DNA from: Octopus bimaculoides
Lineage: Eukaryota
DNA: 36,927 bases
Direction of reading: 5' to 3'
NCBI RefSeq assembly: GCF_001194135.2
Contig: NC_068981.1
Span: forward strand, 92,139,447-92,176,373
Under the pieces are notes generated by a model. It had not been told where the DNA came from, searched no databases, and saw nothing but the letters and a program-made list of their open reading frames with translations. This document shows positions 1-10,740 of this stretch, in pieces. A program made the translations under genes and the position numbers. How positions within the stretch are numbered: position 1 is the stretch's first letter; the number at the start of each line of letters is the position of its first letter.

Positions 1-47
1 ATATATATATATATAAATGTATATATATATGTGTGTATGTGTGTGTG

Positions 48-245
48 TTTCTGTCCCACCTTCACTAGTTGAAACCGGTGCTGGTGTGTTTACGTTCCCG
101 TAACTTAGTTCTTCGGCAAATGCGCCATATAGTAAGTACTAGGCTTAAAAAATATCCTGGTGACGATTCATTCGCCTAAAATCATTCAAGGTAGTGTTGG
201 AGCATGACTGCAGTCGAATGACTGAGACAAGTAAAAGAATAGAAG
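48..245 (+). mobile_element. SINE 3' half (Octopus-type), decayed
   Basis: Contains ggtgtgtttacgttcccgtaacttag...gagcatgactgcagtcgaatgactgagacaagtaaaag with an A-rich tail. Its reverse complement resembles 22041-22225 (ctaagttacggggacataaatacacc). The family is recognised from memory. Confidence 0.7.
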
Positions 246-267
246 ATTAAAAGTACACGTGTGCATA

Positions 268-298
<31 letters not shown>

Positions 299-768
299 CA
301 TGCATACATACATATATACATATGTGTGCGCGTGGTTTCATAATGTTCTCATTCCAAGCAAATGTGAAGTGGTTTCTGTTAGAATTCAAACGTCGCCACA
401 CAGGTATGCATATAACATACACATATTTGGACGCATCAAGTTCATAATTAAAGCTATGTTGTAAAGTAACATTATATTTTAGATTACCACGCTGCTATTA
501 TTCTTATATTTTGTACAAGGAATATTTTCTGTTATCAGTGCTTTCACTTAATCTTGTTTTAATGAACATTATTTGGACCGATGGCAGTCATTTCCCCGAA
601 AATGTTTCATATATTTTTTGTAGAAAAATTCTATTCATTGCTTTTGGGAATTTGTCGCATAATCGTAAGGCAGCATTTTTTTGTAACCTCGTCATAAACG
701 TACTTAATCTTGCAACTACCTTCTATCATGCAGATGGTATTTGCAAAGTGTTTACATTTTTAAGTATT

Positions 769-769
<1 letters not shown>

Positions 770-813
<44 letters not shown>

Positions 814-890
814 CTTTGTCTCTCTATCTCTCCGTCGCTGTCTCTCTTTGTCCCTCTCCCCTCTCTCCAGTCTCTCTCATTCTCGCTCGC
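770..890. repeat. (CT)n microsatellite with degenerate CT-rich tail
   Basis: Directly visible. Confidence 0.95.
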
Positions 891-2739
891 TTGCTGACTA
901 TGTCAGTTTCTACAAGTGCAATATTCTATATTTAGTTTAGTATTCTATCACTAACATTTTGGCAGCTACATCATAATTGCACTGGCACAACGAGATGGCA
1001 GCGTTTGGAATTAGCAGTCCAAATTTATATTCCGTGCTGCATAAAAAAACAAAAGAAAATAACTGTAATGTAGAGATAATATCACAAATCTGGTGTGATC
1101 GTACAGTGTATTATGCCCACAGCTTAATTAGATAACCATCCTCAAGTTAAAACAGCGGGATTGAAATGAGACTCAAAAACATGAAAGTATTTGTCAGTAA
1201 TACTGCTGATTCTGACAGATTGCCACATTCTGCCAATGTAGCATCACTTTCCATTGAAAAAAAAAAACTGTTTTCTCACTTCATATTTTACTTTGCTTCG
1301 AACATTTTTGTGGCTCAAATATTAATTATGCTGTCACACACATTTCAAAACAAATGTCAGAAATACAGTCACTCGATTTGAAATTCTGGAGGATTGGTGT
1401 GCAGGATAAATGACAGTTGTAAGTTTGTTATTGTTTAGCCACTATATAACTCATGATGTTTTACATCTATGCTCAAAAGTAATTCTGCAGTAACCACCCA
1501 ATTTTTGCATTCGTGCAAGAAGGGAATAACGTTATCTACATTGTTTTTGTCAAGTCTTGTCTGTTAATTCTTGCAGACCGAAGATCTCTCATTCGATCAT
1601 TGTTTATAACATGGAAGCCTTTGGAATTAGATGTTCAAATTTATATTCCATGCTTGCATAAGTAAGAAAAGCACAGATATAGTTCTAGTTTTAGATGTAC
1701 TTACAACCATGCATTCTACTTCGACCGCTACCAGTTACTCGATCAGATCTCTGTACGTGGATGTAGTCATATGCGAATGATACCTCATCGGTGATCAGCA
1801 TCTCATTTCTTTTATTTGTAACGTTTTGGAATTTGTTTTTCGTTTGACAAATTTACAATGCTGTCAGTTTTAATTAAATTTCCGTTTTGGATGTGGCGAA
1901 CTAGTAATAATAATAATAATAATAATTGATTCTTGATTAAAAAAAAAACCCCGAGCTGTTTATATATATTAACGAGCATAAACTGTCGCTAAATTCTAAA
2001 CTAAAAGTGTTACGAATAATATATCACTAAATTCTAAACTAGGTGTTTTACAATGAAAGCGAATAATAGAAAGTTAAAAATGTAATCGCAACAATATGAT
2101 AAAAAAAAAACATGAATGGGATATACAAAACGCTATAGTGAACCAATTTTAACGGTATAACGAGTTAAAAATTTGAAAAATTAAGAATAATAAGATAAAT
2201 CTCTCTTTGATTGCAATAATATTTGGTTATTGTTAGGAGGAAACTATTGCAACGAGACTGATATAATACAATGATATAGAATGATATATAGCTTTTTAAA
2301 GTTATCAATATTATGGGAAATAGTATTTCATAAAATTTATTACAATGACTTAGACAAAATGTAGTACGAAAAACAAAACAAAAAAAACCCTAATTAAACT
2401 ATACTTCAGATACGACTTGCTTATTACCAACATATTATGTTCGATGCTAGTATAATCAGTGTAACGAGTCCAGATATGTAGTGGCACACTGTAAAATGTA
2501 AATTACGTTTAATAACAAATTTCGTTTCCAGACAGTGCATTCGTGTATTTTTATATAATCAAAATTTCAAGCTATCACACCCGATACAATTTATTAATAA
2601 ACAATATACTTTTATGTATGCATGTAAGTATGTATATATGCTTGTATTTTACATGCATATGTATGTGCGTAAGTATGAACGTGTTTTGTGCGTACTTATG
2701 TGTATGTTTGTATTATAGATAACCTCTTACATGTATATA

Positions 2740-3135
2740 GGCTTGATCTCGTTCACGCTGTTACACCTGTCGCTTCTTCTCCAAAACAACCGTACTTACC
2801 GGCACCTACCATCACTCTTCATTTACTTGCACCTCTAGTAATTTGATTTATTTCATAATCTGCTTTATTTGCTACTCCTTCTACATCGGATACCCTGGTC
2901 ATAACTTAGCGGGCCATTTCATCAAACTGCTTCTTGGCATCAGATTCGACAAAGACAGCCCTATCTCGAGCTATTTCTGCTCGAGAGGACATTTCCTGCA
3001 ACATCTGTTTGTGTTCGGACTGGCCTTGCACGGAAGCGAACCAGTTTCACGCCTCTCTCTGGAGCAGGAATTAATTTTCTCTCCGTATACTTCAGTCCCA
3101 CACGGTATAAATTCTCCACCCCTCTTTCTTTAAGT
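2740..3135 (+). mobile_element. Penelope-like element, GIY-YIG endonuclease C-terminal remnant
   Basis: One frame reads SFTCTSSNLIYFIICFICYSFYIG...SPISSYFCSRGH...HLFV...SRLSLEQELIF...PHGIN. This matches the PLE endonuclease pattern FTCxSxNxIY...C..C..YIG...PVAxHF...E..LI...PxGxN. Confidence 0.85.
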
Positions 3136-3960
3136 CTCACCTCCACACTTTTACACACACCAACCACCCTCCTCTTACATTCCAACTGCTCCCTCACCTT
3201 CTACCTCGCCAAAAGCCTACTCTATAGCTTTCAACTTATAACCCAACACCACGAACACATATATACACCTATACAAAAGCATCACACACAAACACACACA
3301 CACGCACACACACACGTCTCCTTCTTACTCATCACACACTAGCACATATACACGCCTTCTTCCAAATACGCACACCTCGGCAACCACACTTCTATTCCAC
3401 ATTTCCCACCGCCTAGCACTTTTGTCACCTCTATCACACGTAGCACCTCTGTGCACTATGGAAATTAAGATTCGCCCAGTATTCTAACATACGTCAGAAA
3501 TACATATGTACACGCAAAATCACACGGAATATAAACTCTACACACACCTACTTTGAGCGACGTCATCATATACACACGCACACTAACTGCACACATGGAG
3601 ACACACACTAATAAGCACATATGCACTCCTACACATGGATACACACGAAGAAATACAGGCAATATATATGGACAAGATAAACTCACAAAGTCAAATGTAT
3701 AATAGCCTCATATACACAGATAAACAGAAAGTAGAATCTCCCATAGACATATATCCTCACATAAACGCTTAAGGCAAACAGTATACAGGCACACGATATC
3801 CTTGTATACGAACGCGCAGTTGAACACTCACGTGCACGAGCCCAACCACAAACATGTCTACACATTGCTCAGTTTCATAGACACATGCTTGCTCACATAT
3901 AAGCATATACCTGGTCACAATTTTCTCCCTCGCACATACGCGTTAAGCCCATCTTTTCGT
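3136..3960 (+). repeat. Degenerate CA/C-rich tract downstream of the PLE ORF end (probable 3' UTR)
   Basis: Low-complexity ACAC/ATAC-rich sequence begins right after the PxGIN end of the PLE ORF. The 3' UTR assignment is inference. Confidence 0.45.
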
Positions 3961-3987
3961 CTTCTAGTCATTTCAGGATGTGGTGAA

Positions 3988-3989
<2 letters not shown>

Positions 3990-4046
<57 letters not shown>

Positions 4047-4064
4047 ATATATATATATATATAT
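3990..4064. repeat. Compound (CT)n/(AT)n microsatellite
   Basis: Directly visible. Confidence 0.95.
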
Positions 4065-4229
4065 GACAGTGAGGTTGAAACTGGTGACACGGGAAAGTGC
4101 GTCATTGACGACTAAATATTTGTGGAATAAATGATGGTCTAATTCGACTAAGCAACATGTAATATGCCGTTTGGAGGATTCCAGGCACTAATCTATCATG
4201 GAATATTGGCGGTGATGGTGCATGTAATT

Positions 4230-4520
4230 ATTGAACCCACCGAAAAGCTGTTAGTGGATATACTCGCATTTGAGGCGGTCAGCACTGCGTTCAACACGAA
4301 CCATCGTATGGTTGACAGTCAGATGAATGAAGATGTAAATGGGTACATTCCGGAAATGGGCTGCAATGGGACACGGCAACAGCACAAGTGAACTATTGTA
4401 ATGTAGCAGAAGGCGAAGGGTTGACATTGGATTGCTGGTGCAGCTGTAGAATAAGAAACATAAAGTTAACCCATGCAATCAAATGAGAATATGTAGTAAT
4501 GTAGTACTTGGCGAATGTGT
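4230..4520 (-). mobile_element. Second, more decayed Penelope-like GIY-YIG C-terminal remnant
   Basis: Minus frame reads CFLFY...CPIAAHF...HLTV...ADRLKCE...GFN. It aligns with near-identical spacing to the 2740-3135 copy (CYSFY...SPISSYF...HLFV...SRLSLE...GIN); the first block is 36 aa in both. Confidence 0.45.
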
Positions 4521-4740
4521 GGGTGAGCATGTGTGTGTTTCAAGCGAGAGTGGTTGAGTATATACATATGGGGGCATGTACAGACTGTTACGCTTACGTG
4601 AATACTATGGACTTTTTTACTCCATTACCTTAACTCCCTCCCCTTACTTAGCGGTCTATAGCACTTTTGTCTTAGTAACGGTCAATCACACACACAGTAA
4701 TTTCCCTTTGTTTAACGGTCATTTTCATAGTAATTTTCAA

Positions 4741-4814
4741 TGGCCAGATAACTGAAGTGATGGCGGCGTGGGTTTCTGCCCCGGCATCCGAAACTCGGAG
4801 TTTTATCATGGCTA
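4741..4814 (+). ncRNA. Type I hammerhead ribozyme-like motif (PLE type, degenerate core)
   Basis: Stem I is tggcca-gataa paired with ttatc-a-tggcta. Core CTGAAG(T) at 4752-4758. Stem II GATG...CATC. GAAA at 4790-4793. Stem III is palindromic (ACTC-G-GAGT) and the cleavage triplet is GUU. The A9/10.1 positions deviate from consensus. Confidence 0.7.
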
Positions 4815-4903
4815 CCGAATAAGTGTCACATATTTTTACAGATAAATACCTCTCTTTACATAATATCGAGGTCTCTTTCTTTCTTTTGTTGTCTTTTCTA
4901 TCA

Positions 4904-4904
<1 letters not shown>

Positions 4905-4947
<43 letters not shown>

Positions 4948-5110
4948 GTGTGTATGTATGTATGAATATATGTATGTGTGTCTATATGTATGGGTGATTA
5001 CATTGACAACAAAGATTGCTATGCGTAATACGCATATGCATAATATATACATATGTAACATGCATACATACATACATACATAATACTTACATGTATGCGT
5101 ACATGGATGC
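4905..5110. repeat. (AT)n with ATAC/ATGT low-complexity sequence
   Basis: Directly visible. Confidence 0.9.
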
Positions 5111-5894
5111 AGACATGGATGCATCATTATCTCTGCGTATCTTCTTTTCTATTAATCTACTTGTATTCTGATCTGTATAAAGATTTACCTAGATATGAAT
5201 CCCTATAACTACTGATTTATTATATATTAAATTAATTATAGATTTTTCTCTCCTATTCTGTTCGTTTATATATATTTCTGTATATATAACGCTATTTACA
5301 TGTATGTTATTTACTTGTTCACGGGGTTTTGAAAATTGTAATAAACATATAGTAATAAACTGATAATTATGATTTTAAAGATAATATGATTTAACGAATA
5401 ATTATGGTTTTAAAAAAAAAACATTCTAATGAGTTTGACTTTTGAAAACAACAATTTAAGAAATTAATACCTTAAAAAATATATGCTAATTATAATTATA
5501 ATAGTTTTTGAATTATTGGAAAAACGATATTCTAGGAACTAATTGATGTGATGTGCTGCCACAGAGGGAGAAACACGGAAAATAACGATTGTCAATCTAA
5601 ATATGGAAATACGAACAAAAATGAAACTCGTAAATATAAAAGTATATTATTTTGTATGTATGTATGTATGCATGTGTGTGTTTGAGTGGCTGTATATCTG
5701 ATCACATGCGTGTATGTGCTAGTGTGTACGACTGATAGATAGACTTGTATGTAAATATATCATATAAATATAAACGCATGCGCATACACACACAAACACA
5801 AATGCAAACAGGTGAAATTAAAAAAATAAATTACTTGAAACGTTTTTCTGTTGATTACCAAGGTTATATATATATCTGTTGAGAGCCAACTTTT

Positions 5895-6900
5895 ACAGTT
5901 ACATTGAGAGACTTTTAGAATGTTTATCACAAAATCATGACCCTGCAGATTAGCATTTGTTTATTGACGCTTGGAAAGTTTAAAAGCTGTGCATTTCCAT
6001 AATGGTAAATTGGAGCCTTCCATTCCTGTTGCACATTCCGTTCATCTTTGTCAATCATGTGAGAATATGGAACTTCTATTTCATGCCATTACCTATGAAA
6101 GATACTCAGAAAATATGTGGAGATTTAAAAGAAATTGGAATGTTGATAGGAATGCAGGTTTCACAAAATACTGTTGTTTCTTGTGTCTATGGAATAGTCG
6201 GGCAACCGAGAGACATTATTCGAAGCAAACTGGCAGATAAGAACCCCATACCAGCCAAGACTGTCTAGGGTGAAGAATGCACCTCTTGTAGATCCATGTA
6301 GTGTCCTATTCCTTCGTCTGCACATAAAGCTCGGACTGATGAAACAGTTTGTAAAGACACTAAGGAAGAGAAATGCCTCAGGGTTTGAGCATATTGTAGA
6401 AAAGTTTCCCCAAATTACAAAGACGAATTTGAGAGAGGGCATCTTTGTCAGACCCCAAATTAAGGAAGATGTCAACTTCAAGACAACACTGGATGAACTG
6501 AAACTGTTTTTTCCTGGAAATGGACTGCAAAGATGGCATCAATAATCTTCTAAAATGTTACTCAGCAATGGATTGTCGCATGTCACTGAAAGTTCACTCC
6601 TCGGACTCACATCTGGAATTCTTCGCAGGTAACCTTGAAGCAGTGTCTCATGAAAATGGAGAAAGATTTCACCAAGACATTGGTGCTATAGAGAAACGGT
6701 ACCAAGGTTTCTGCAATGACAGTATGCTAGCTGACTACAGCTGGACACTTTACAGTGATCAACCAGCTCAGGAACACCGTAGGAAATCCAAATCACAAGG
6801 CTTCTAACTTTGTTGTTCTAACGCTGTCTGTTTTGTCTGACCCAATTTTTGTATATTCACTCTATAATGAGTATAATCCATTTCATTTTGTTGAGGAGTG
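5895..6900 (+). mobile_element. DNA transposon transposase remnant, most like CMC/Chapaev-3; multiple frameshifts and stops
   Basis: Colinear peptides across frames: HDPAD*HLFID, SLKAVHFHNG...SIPVAHSVHL, ICGDLKEIGMLIG, GFTKYCCFLCLWNSRA, PLVDP..V..LRLHIKLGLMKQFVKTL, EGIFVRPQI, CRMSLKVH...HLEFF..NL.AVS.ENGERFHQDI..IEKRYQG...MLADYSW. The family name is from memory of this motif set. A possible right end ...ttttgttgaggAGTG lies near 6900. Confidence 0.85.
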
Positions 6901-7392
6901 TATTCATTTCGAGTTCCAAATTTACAACAACGATGTATTTATTTATGCACACATGCCTCATACATACGTACATACAAACACTCACGCACACACACATACT
7001 CATACGTAAACATAGATGCTCATTTTGTAACGATATGCAATTTAGGATTCAGCCCTACTGCTTGGATCCTTCTGCAAGTAACCTCTACTATAGTCCTGAG
7101 TCCATATATGCTTATGTATGCGTGAGTGTTCGTGTGTTTCTGCATGTGTATGTGTGTGTGCATTTGTGTCGATGTGTCTTTTTCGTGTCTTTATGTTCGT
7201 CCACGAGGAAGCCTTTGAGAAACAGTCTCAGGTTGCTAACGTCGCAGTAACGTAGCAGTGACTTAAAAGCGATCAGCAGAATAAGAACCAGATTTAAAAA
7301 TAACTATTGTTCTAGATTCCCTCAGTTAATTTCTTCAAATTAAAACCCGTGCAGAGCCGTAGTTGAATAACAGAAAGAAATAAAATCTACAA

Positions 7393-7394
<2 letters not shown>

Positions 7395-7450
<56 letters not shown>

Positions 7451-7530
7451 TACATATACACTAATAGCATAAATAGTAATTATTACACATGCACACGCAA
7501 ACACACTCACACACATACACACACACATAT
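7395..7530. repeat. (AT)n / (CA)n microsatellites
   Basis: Directly visible. Confidence 0.9.
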
Positions 7531-7540
7531 ATTTATGACA

Positions 7541-7830
7541 ACGCATGCCCTAGTGATTAGACAGTGGAACTCACGATGGTGAGATACTGGCTTCAAATCC
7601 TAGTCCGGGTGATGCGTTGTGTTTTTGAGCAAAATACTTCATATCACGTGGCTCTGCGATCACTTCGACACCTGATGCGTGGTACACAGTGCACCTGTTC
7701 AGAGAGTGTCGATTTAATGGAGAGAGTGAGCTAACCTGCGGCACAAGCATTTAATGTCTATGCACAAATTATTTGTGCAAGTCGTTCGACAAAAGCTGAA
7801 CGCTCATATGGCGTCTTCGTAGGGAATCTC
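7541..7830 (+). mobile_element. tRNA-derived SINE
   Basis: A-box-like tgccctagtgattag (7546-7560), B-box-like gcttcaaatcc (7590-7600), then a core-like block gcgttgtgtttttgagcaaaatacttc similar to 35748-35773. Confidence 0.75.
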
Positions 7831-7860
7831 CATAATATAGATATATACGGAGATTCCACG

Positions 7861-8566
7861 ATATACATATATATATACACACATTCCTGAATTTGCTACG
7901 TTCAAATGTCGGTCATGGTTACTTAGTCTCTCCGCTTTGCTGTACACCACTTCTTATACAGTCATGTTTCATGAAAATTATTTGTTTTGAACCAGCATAT
8001 CCTTTTCTGTTCAATAAAACGACTGAAATTATTATCCGAATGNNNNNNNNNNNNNNNNNNNNNNNNNNNNNNNNNNNNNNNNNNNNNNNNNNNNNNNNNN
8101 NNNNNNNNNNNNNNNNNNNNNNNNNNNNNNNNNNNNNNNNNNNNNNNNNNNNNNNNNNNNNNNNNNNNNNNNNNNNNNNNNNNNNNNNNNNNNNNNNNNN
8201 NNNNNNNNNNNNNNNNNNNNNNNNNNNNNNNNNNNNNNNNNNNNNNNNNNNNNNNNNNNNNNNNNNNNNNNNNNNNNNNNNNNNNNNNNNNNNNNNNNNN
8301 NNNNNNNNNNNNNNNNNNNNNNNNNNNNNNNNNNNNNNNNNNNNNNNNNNNNNNNNNNNNNNNATTTATATATATATATGTAATATATACATATATATAT
8401 ACACACATTCCTGAATTTGCTACGTTCAAATGTCGGTCATGGTTACTTAGTCTCTCCGCTTTGCTGTACACCACTTCTTATACAGTCATGTTTCATGAAA
8501 ATTATTTGTTTTGAACCAGCATATCCTTTTCTGTTCAATAAAACGACTGAAATTATTATCCGAATG
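7861..8566. repeat. 182-bp exact direct duplication (7861-8042 = 8385-8566) straddling an N gap
   Basis: The same sequence ends the contig left of the gap and reappears just right of it, offset 524. Confidence 0.9.
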
Positions 8567-10599
8567 GGAAAATATTAGTTCCTTTTCTCAGTATATATTT
8601 TTGAATCAGCTGCCAGCGGGCATTTTACTTTTAAACTTTTGAGATTCTTTAATTCATATTGAAATTTCTTACTTCAGCGTACTTTTTGAGGATCATTGTT
8701 CACCTTCATCAGATTTTGGTATGCTTTGTTTCCTTTTGGTTTTATATAGGCTGTAACAAGTTTCTTCTTTTCAATAGTTGGTGTCATGTGAACGAAAAGT
8801 ACGTGTTTTGTAAATCGAACGCTGAAGTAGTCGTGAAGGATGAGGGGTTAGATGAGGATAGGAGTAAAATATTTGGCGCATGTTTCGTAAGTTTAAGTGA
8901 CAACTTACGTCGTATTACATATAGAAATGCAGTGGAACAGACTCTTGGACCGTCATGGAACAACCTGGAATAATATAGTATGCATGTTAAAATTATTGTA
9001 CCATCTATGAGCAACGTATTATATTTCACGTAGCTCAAGTCAACTCGGTTGAAATGAGCTTCAGCTGATCGCTGGAGAGCCGTCTCTCCCGCTATTTGTC
9101 TGGATAAGGAATGGGAAAACCGACTTGTGTGGATTAATAGAAAATTTTGGAGATGACATCTATTTTGGACTGATAGAGGAATTTTGTTATATGTACTTCT
9201 ATAATATAGGATACACACTTTGTTGATAAAGCTAATAAGCAGTGGGAGAAAGCAGATACGTTAGATTCAATTTAAAGCCTTACTATCGTTTATTCAATTC
9301 CCTTTTCTATAAATTCTCTTCCATTTAAGACTAAGGCAGCTGACCGCGAATTCAGTTACGAGTTCAAGTAAATCTATTTGTGGATATTTCCCTTCGTATA
9401 TTGTAAACACTTTACACACGCAGCCACATAGAACACGTATTTATTAACATGTAAGAATATATATATATATATATNNNNNNNNNNNNNNNNNNNNNNNNNN
9501 NNNNNNNNNNNNNNNNNNNNNNNNNNNNNNNNNNNNNNNNNNNNNNNNNNNNNNNNNNNNNNNNNNNNNNNNNNNNNNNNNNNNNNNNNNNNNNNNNNNN
9601 NNNNNNNNNNNNNNNNNNNNNNNNNNNNNNNNNNNNNNNNNNNNNNNNNNNNNNNNNNNNNNNNNNNNNNNNNNNNNNNNNNNNNNNNNNNNNNNNNNNN
9701 NNNNNNNNNNNNNNNNNNNNNNNNNNNNNNNNNNNNNNNNNNNNNNNNNNNNNNNNNNNNNNNNNNNNNNNNNNNNNNNNNNNNNNNNNNNNNNNNNNNN
9801 NNNNNNNNNNNNNNNNNNNNNNNNNNNNNNNNNNNNNNNNNNNNNNNNNNNNNNNNNNNNNNNNNNNNNNNNNNNNNNNNNNNNNNNNNNNNNNNNNNNN
9901 NNNNNNNNNNNNNNNNNNNNNNNNNNNNNNNNNNNNNNNNNNNNNNNNNNNNNNNNNNNNNNNNNNNNNNNNNNNNNNNNNNNNNNNNNNNNNNNNNNNN
10001 NNNNNNNNNNNNNNNNNNNNNNNNNNNNNNNNNNNNNNNNNNNNNNNNNNNNNNNNNNNNNNNNNNNNNNNNNNNNNNNNNNNNNNNNNNNNNNNNNNNN
10101 NNNNNNNNNNNNNNNNNNNNNNNNNNNNNNNNNNNNNNNNNNNNNNNNNNNNNNNNNNNNNNNNNNNNNNNNNNNNNNNNNNNNNNNNNNNNNNNNNNNN
10201 NNNNNNNNNNNNNNNNNNNNNNNNNNNNNNNNNNNNNNNNNNNNNNNNNNNNNNNNNNNNNNNNNNNNNNNNNNNNNGGATAGATTGATAGATATATAGA
10301 TAGATATACATATATATGCATGTCTATATTCGGCCATCGTAATAATTTCAACATTGCTTAGGAAAGCAATTGATTTCACTGAATATTGTTTTCCATCTCA
10401 GATTAACTCTCGAAATCGATTGCTTAGGAATACTGTTGTATTTTCATTTAAGCCTTGTATTTGCTTATGTTTTCCGTTATGTATACATATACATATACAA
10501 ATGCCTGCGCCCGCCCGCACACTTACTCATACACACACACGCACACACATTTATATGTACATATATACATACACACACAAGCACTCACATATTCACACG

Positions 10600-10740
10600 A
10601 GGGAGTGTGAAGGTCCTGGCTTTAAGGTTATTGCGAAAGGCCTAGATGGAGACCCAACCTTCCGAGTTCTTATAAACGGCATCGAAAGGACTCAAAGACT
10701 GCTGCAATAAGTGTGTGGGATTGTAAAGTGGAATATGTTG
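10600..10740 (+). mobile_element. Possible tiny non-LTR RT fragment
   Basis: GPG...KGLDGDPTFRVLINGIERTQRLLQ loosely resembles the 'GxDGxPxExLKxG' block before non-LTR RT domains. The match is weak. Confidence 0.2.

Noticed and set aside
1985-2066. Short local duplications (ctaaattctaaacta x2; also aataatttcaaagaa x2 near 22475-22505)
   Set aside because: Ordinary slippage duplications in AT-rich DNA.
4300-4385. Patchy nucleotide similarity to the reverse complement of 35130-35225
   Set aside because: Low identity over a short stretch; the two regions have different best protein interpretations (PLE versus Dong/R4). Treated as chance.
4164-4391. ORF MPFGGFQ...GCNGTR as a PIF1/Helitron helicase
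   Set aside because: PFGG and CNGTR are far too close together for a helicase, and no GDFxQL or other motifs are present. The opposite strand fits a PLE endonuclease better.
7541-7610. Functional tRNA genes at SINE heads (also 35679 and 33800-33860)
   Set aside because: A and B boxes are degenerate, no complete cloverleaf forms, and each continues into SINE body sequence.
8676-8716. Third hammerhead candidate on the minus strand (CTGATGA AGG...CCT CAAAAAGTA)
   Set aside because: GAAAC is broken, stem II is only 3 bp, and no stem I pairing exists.
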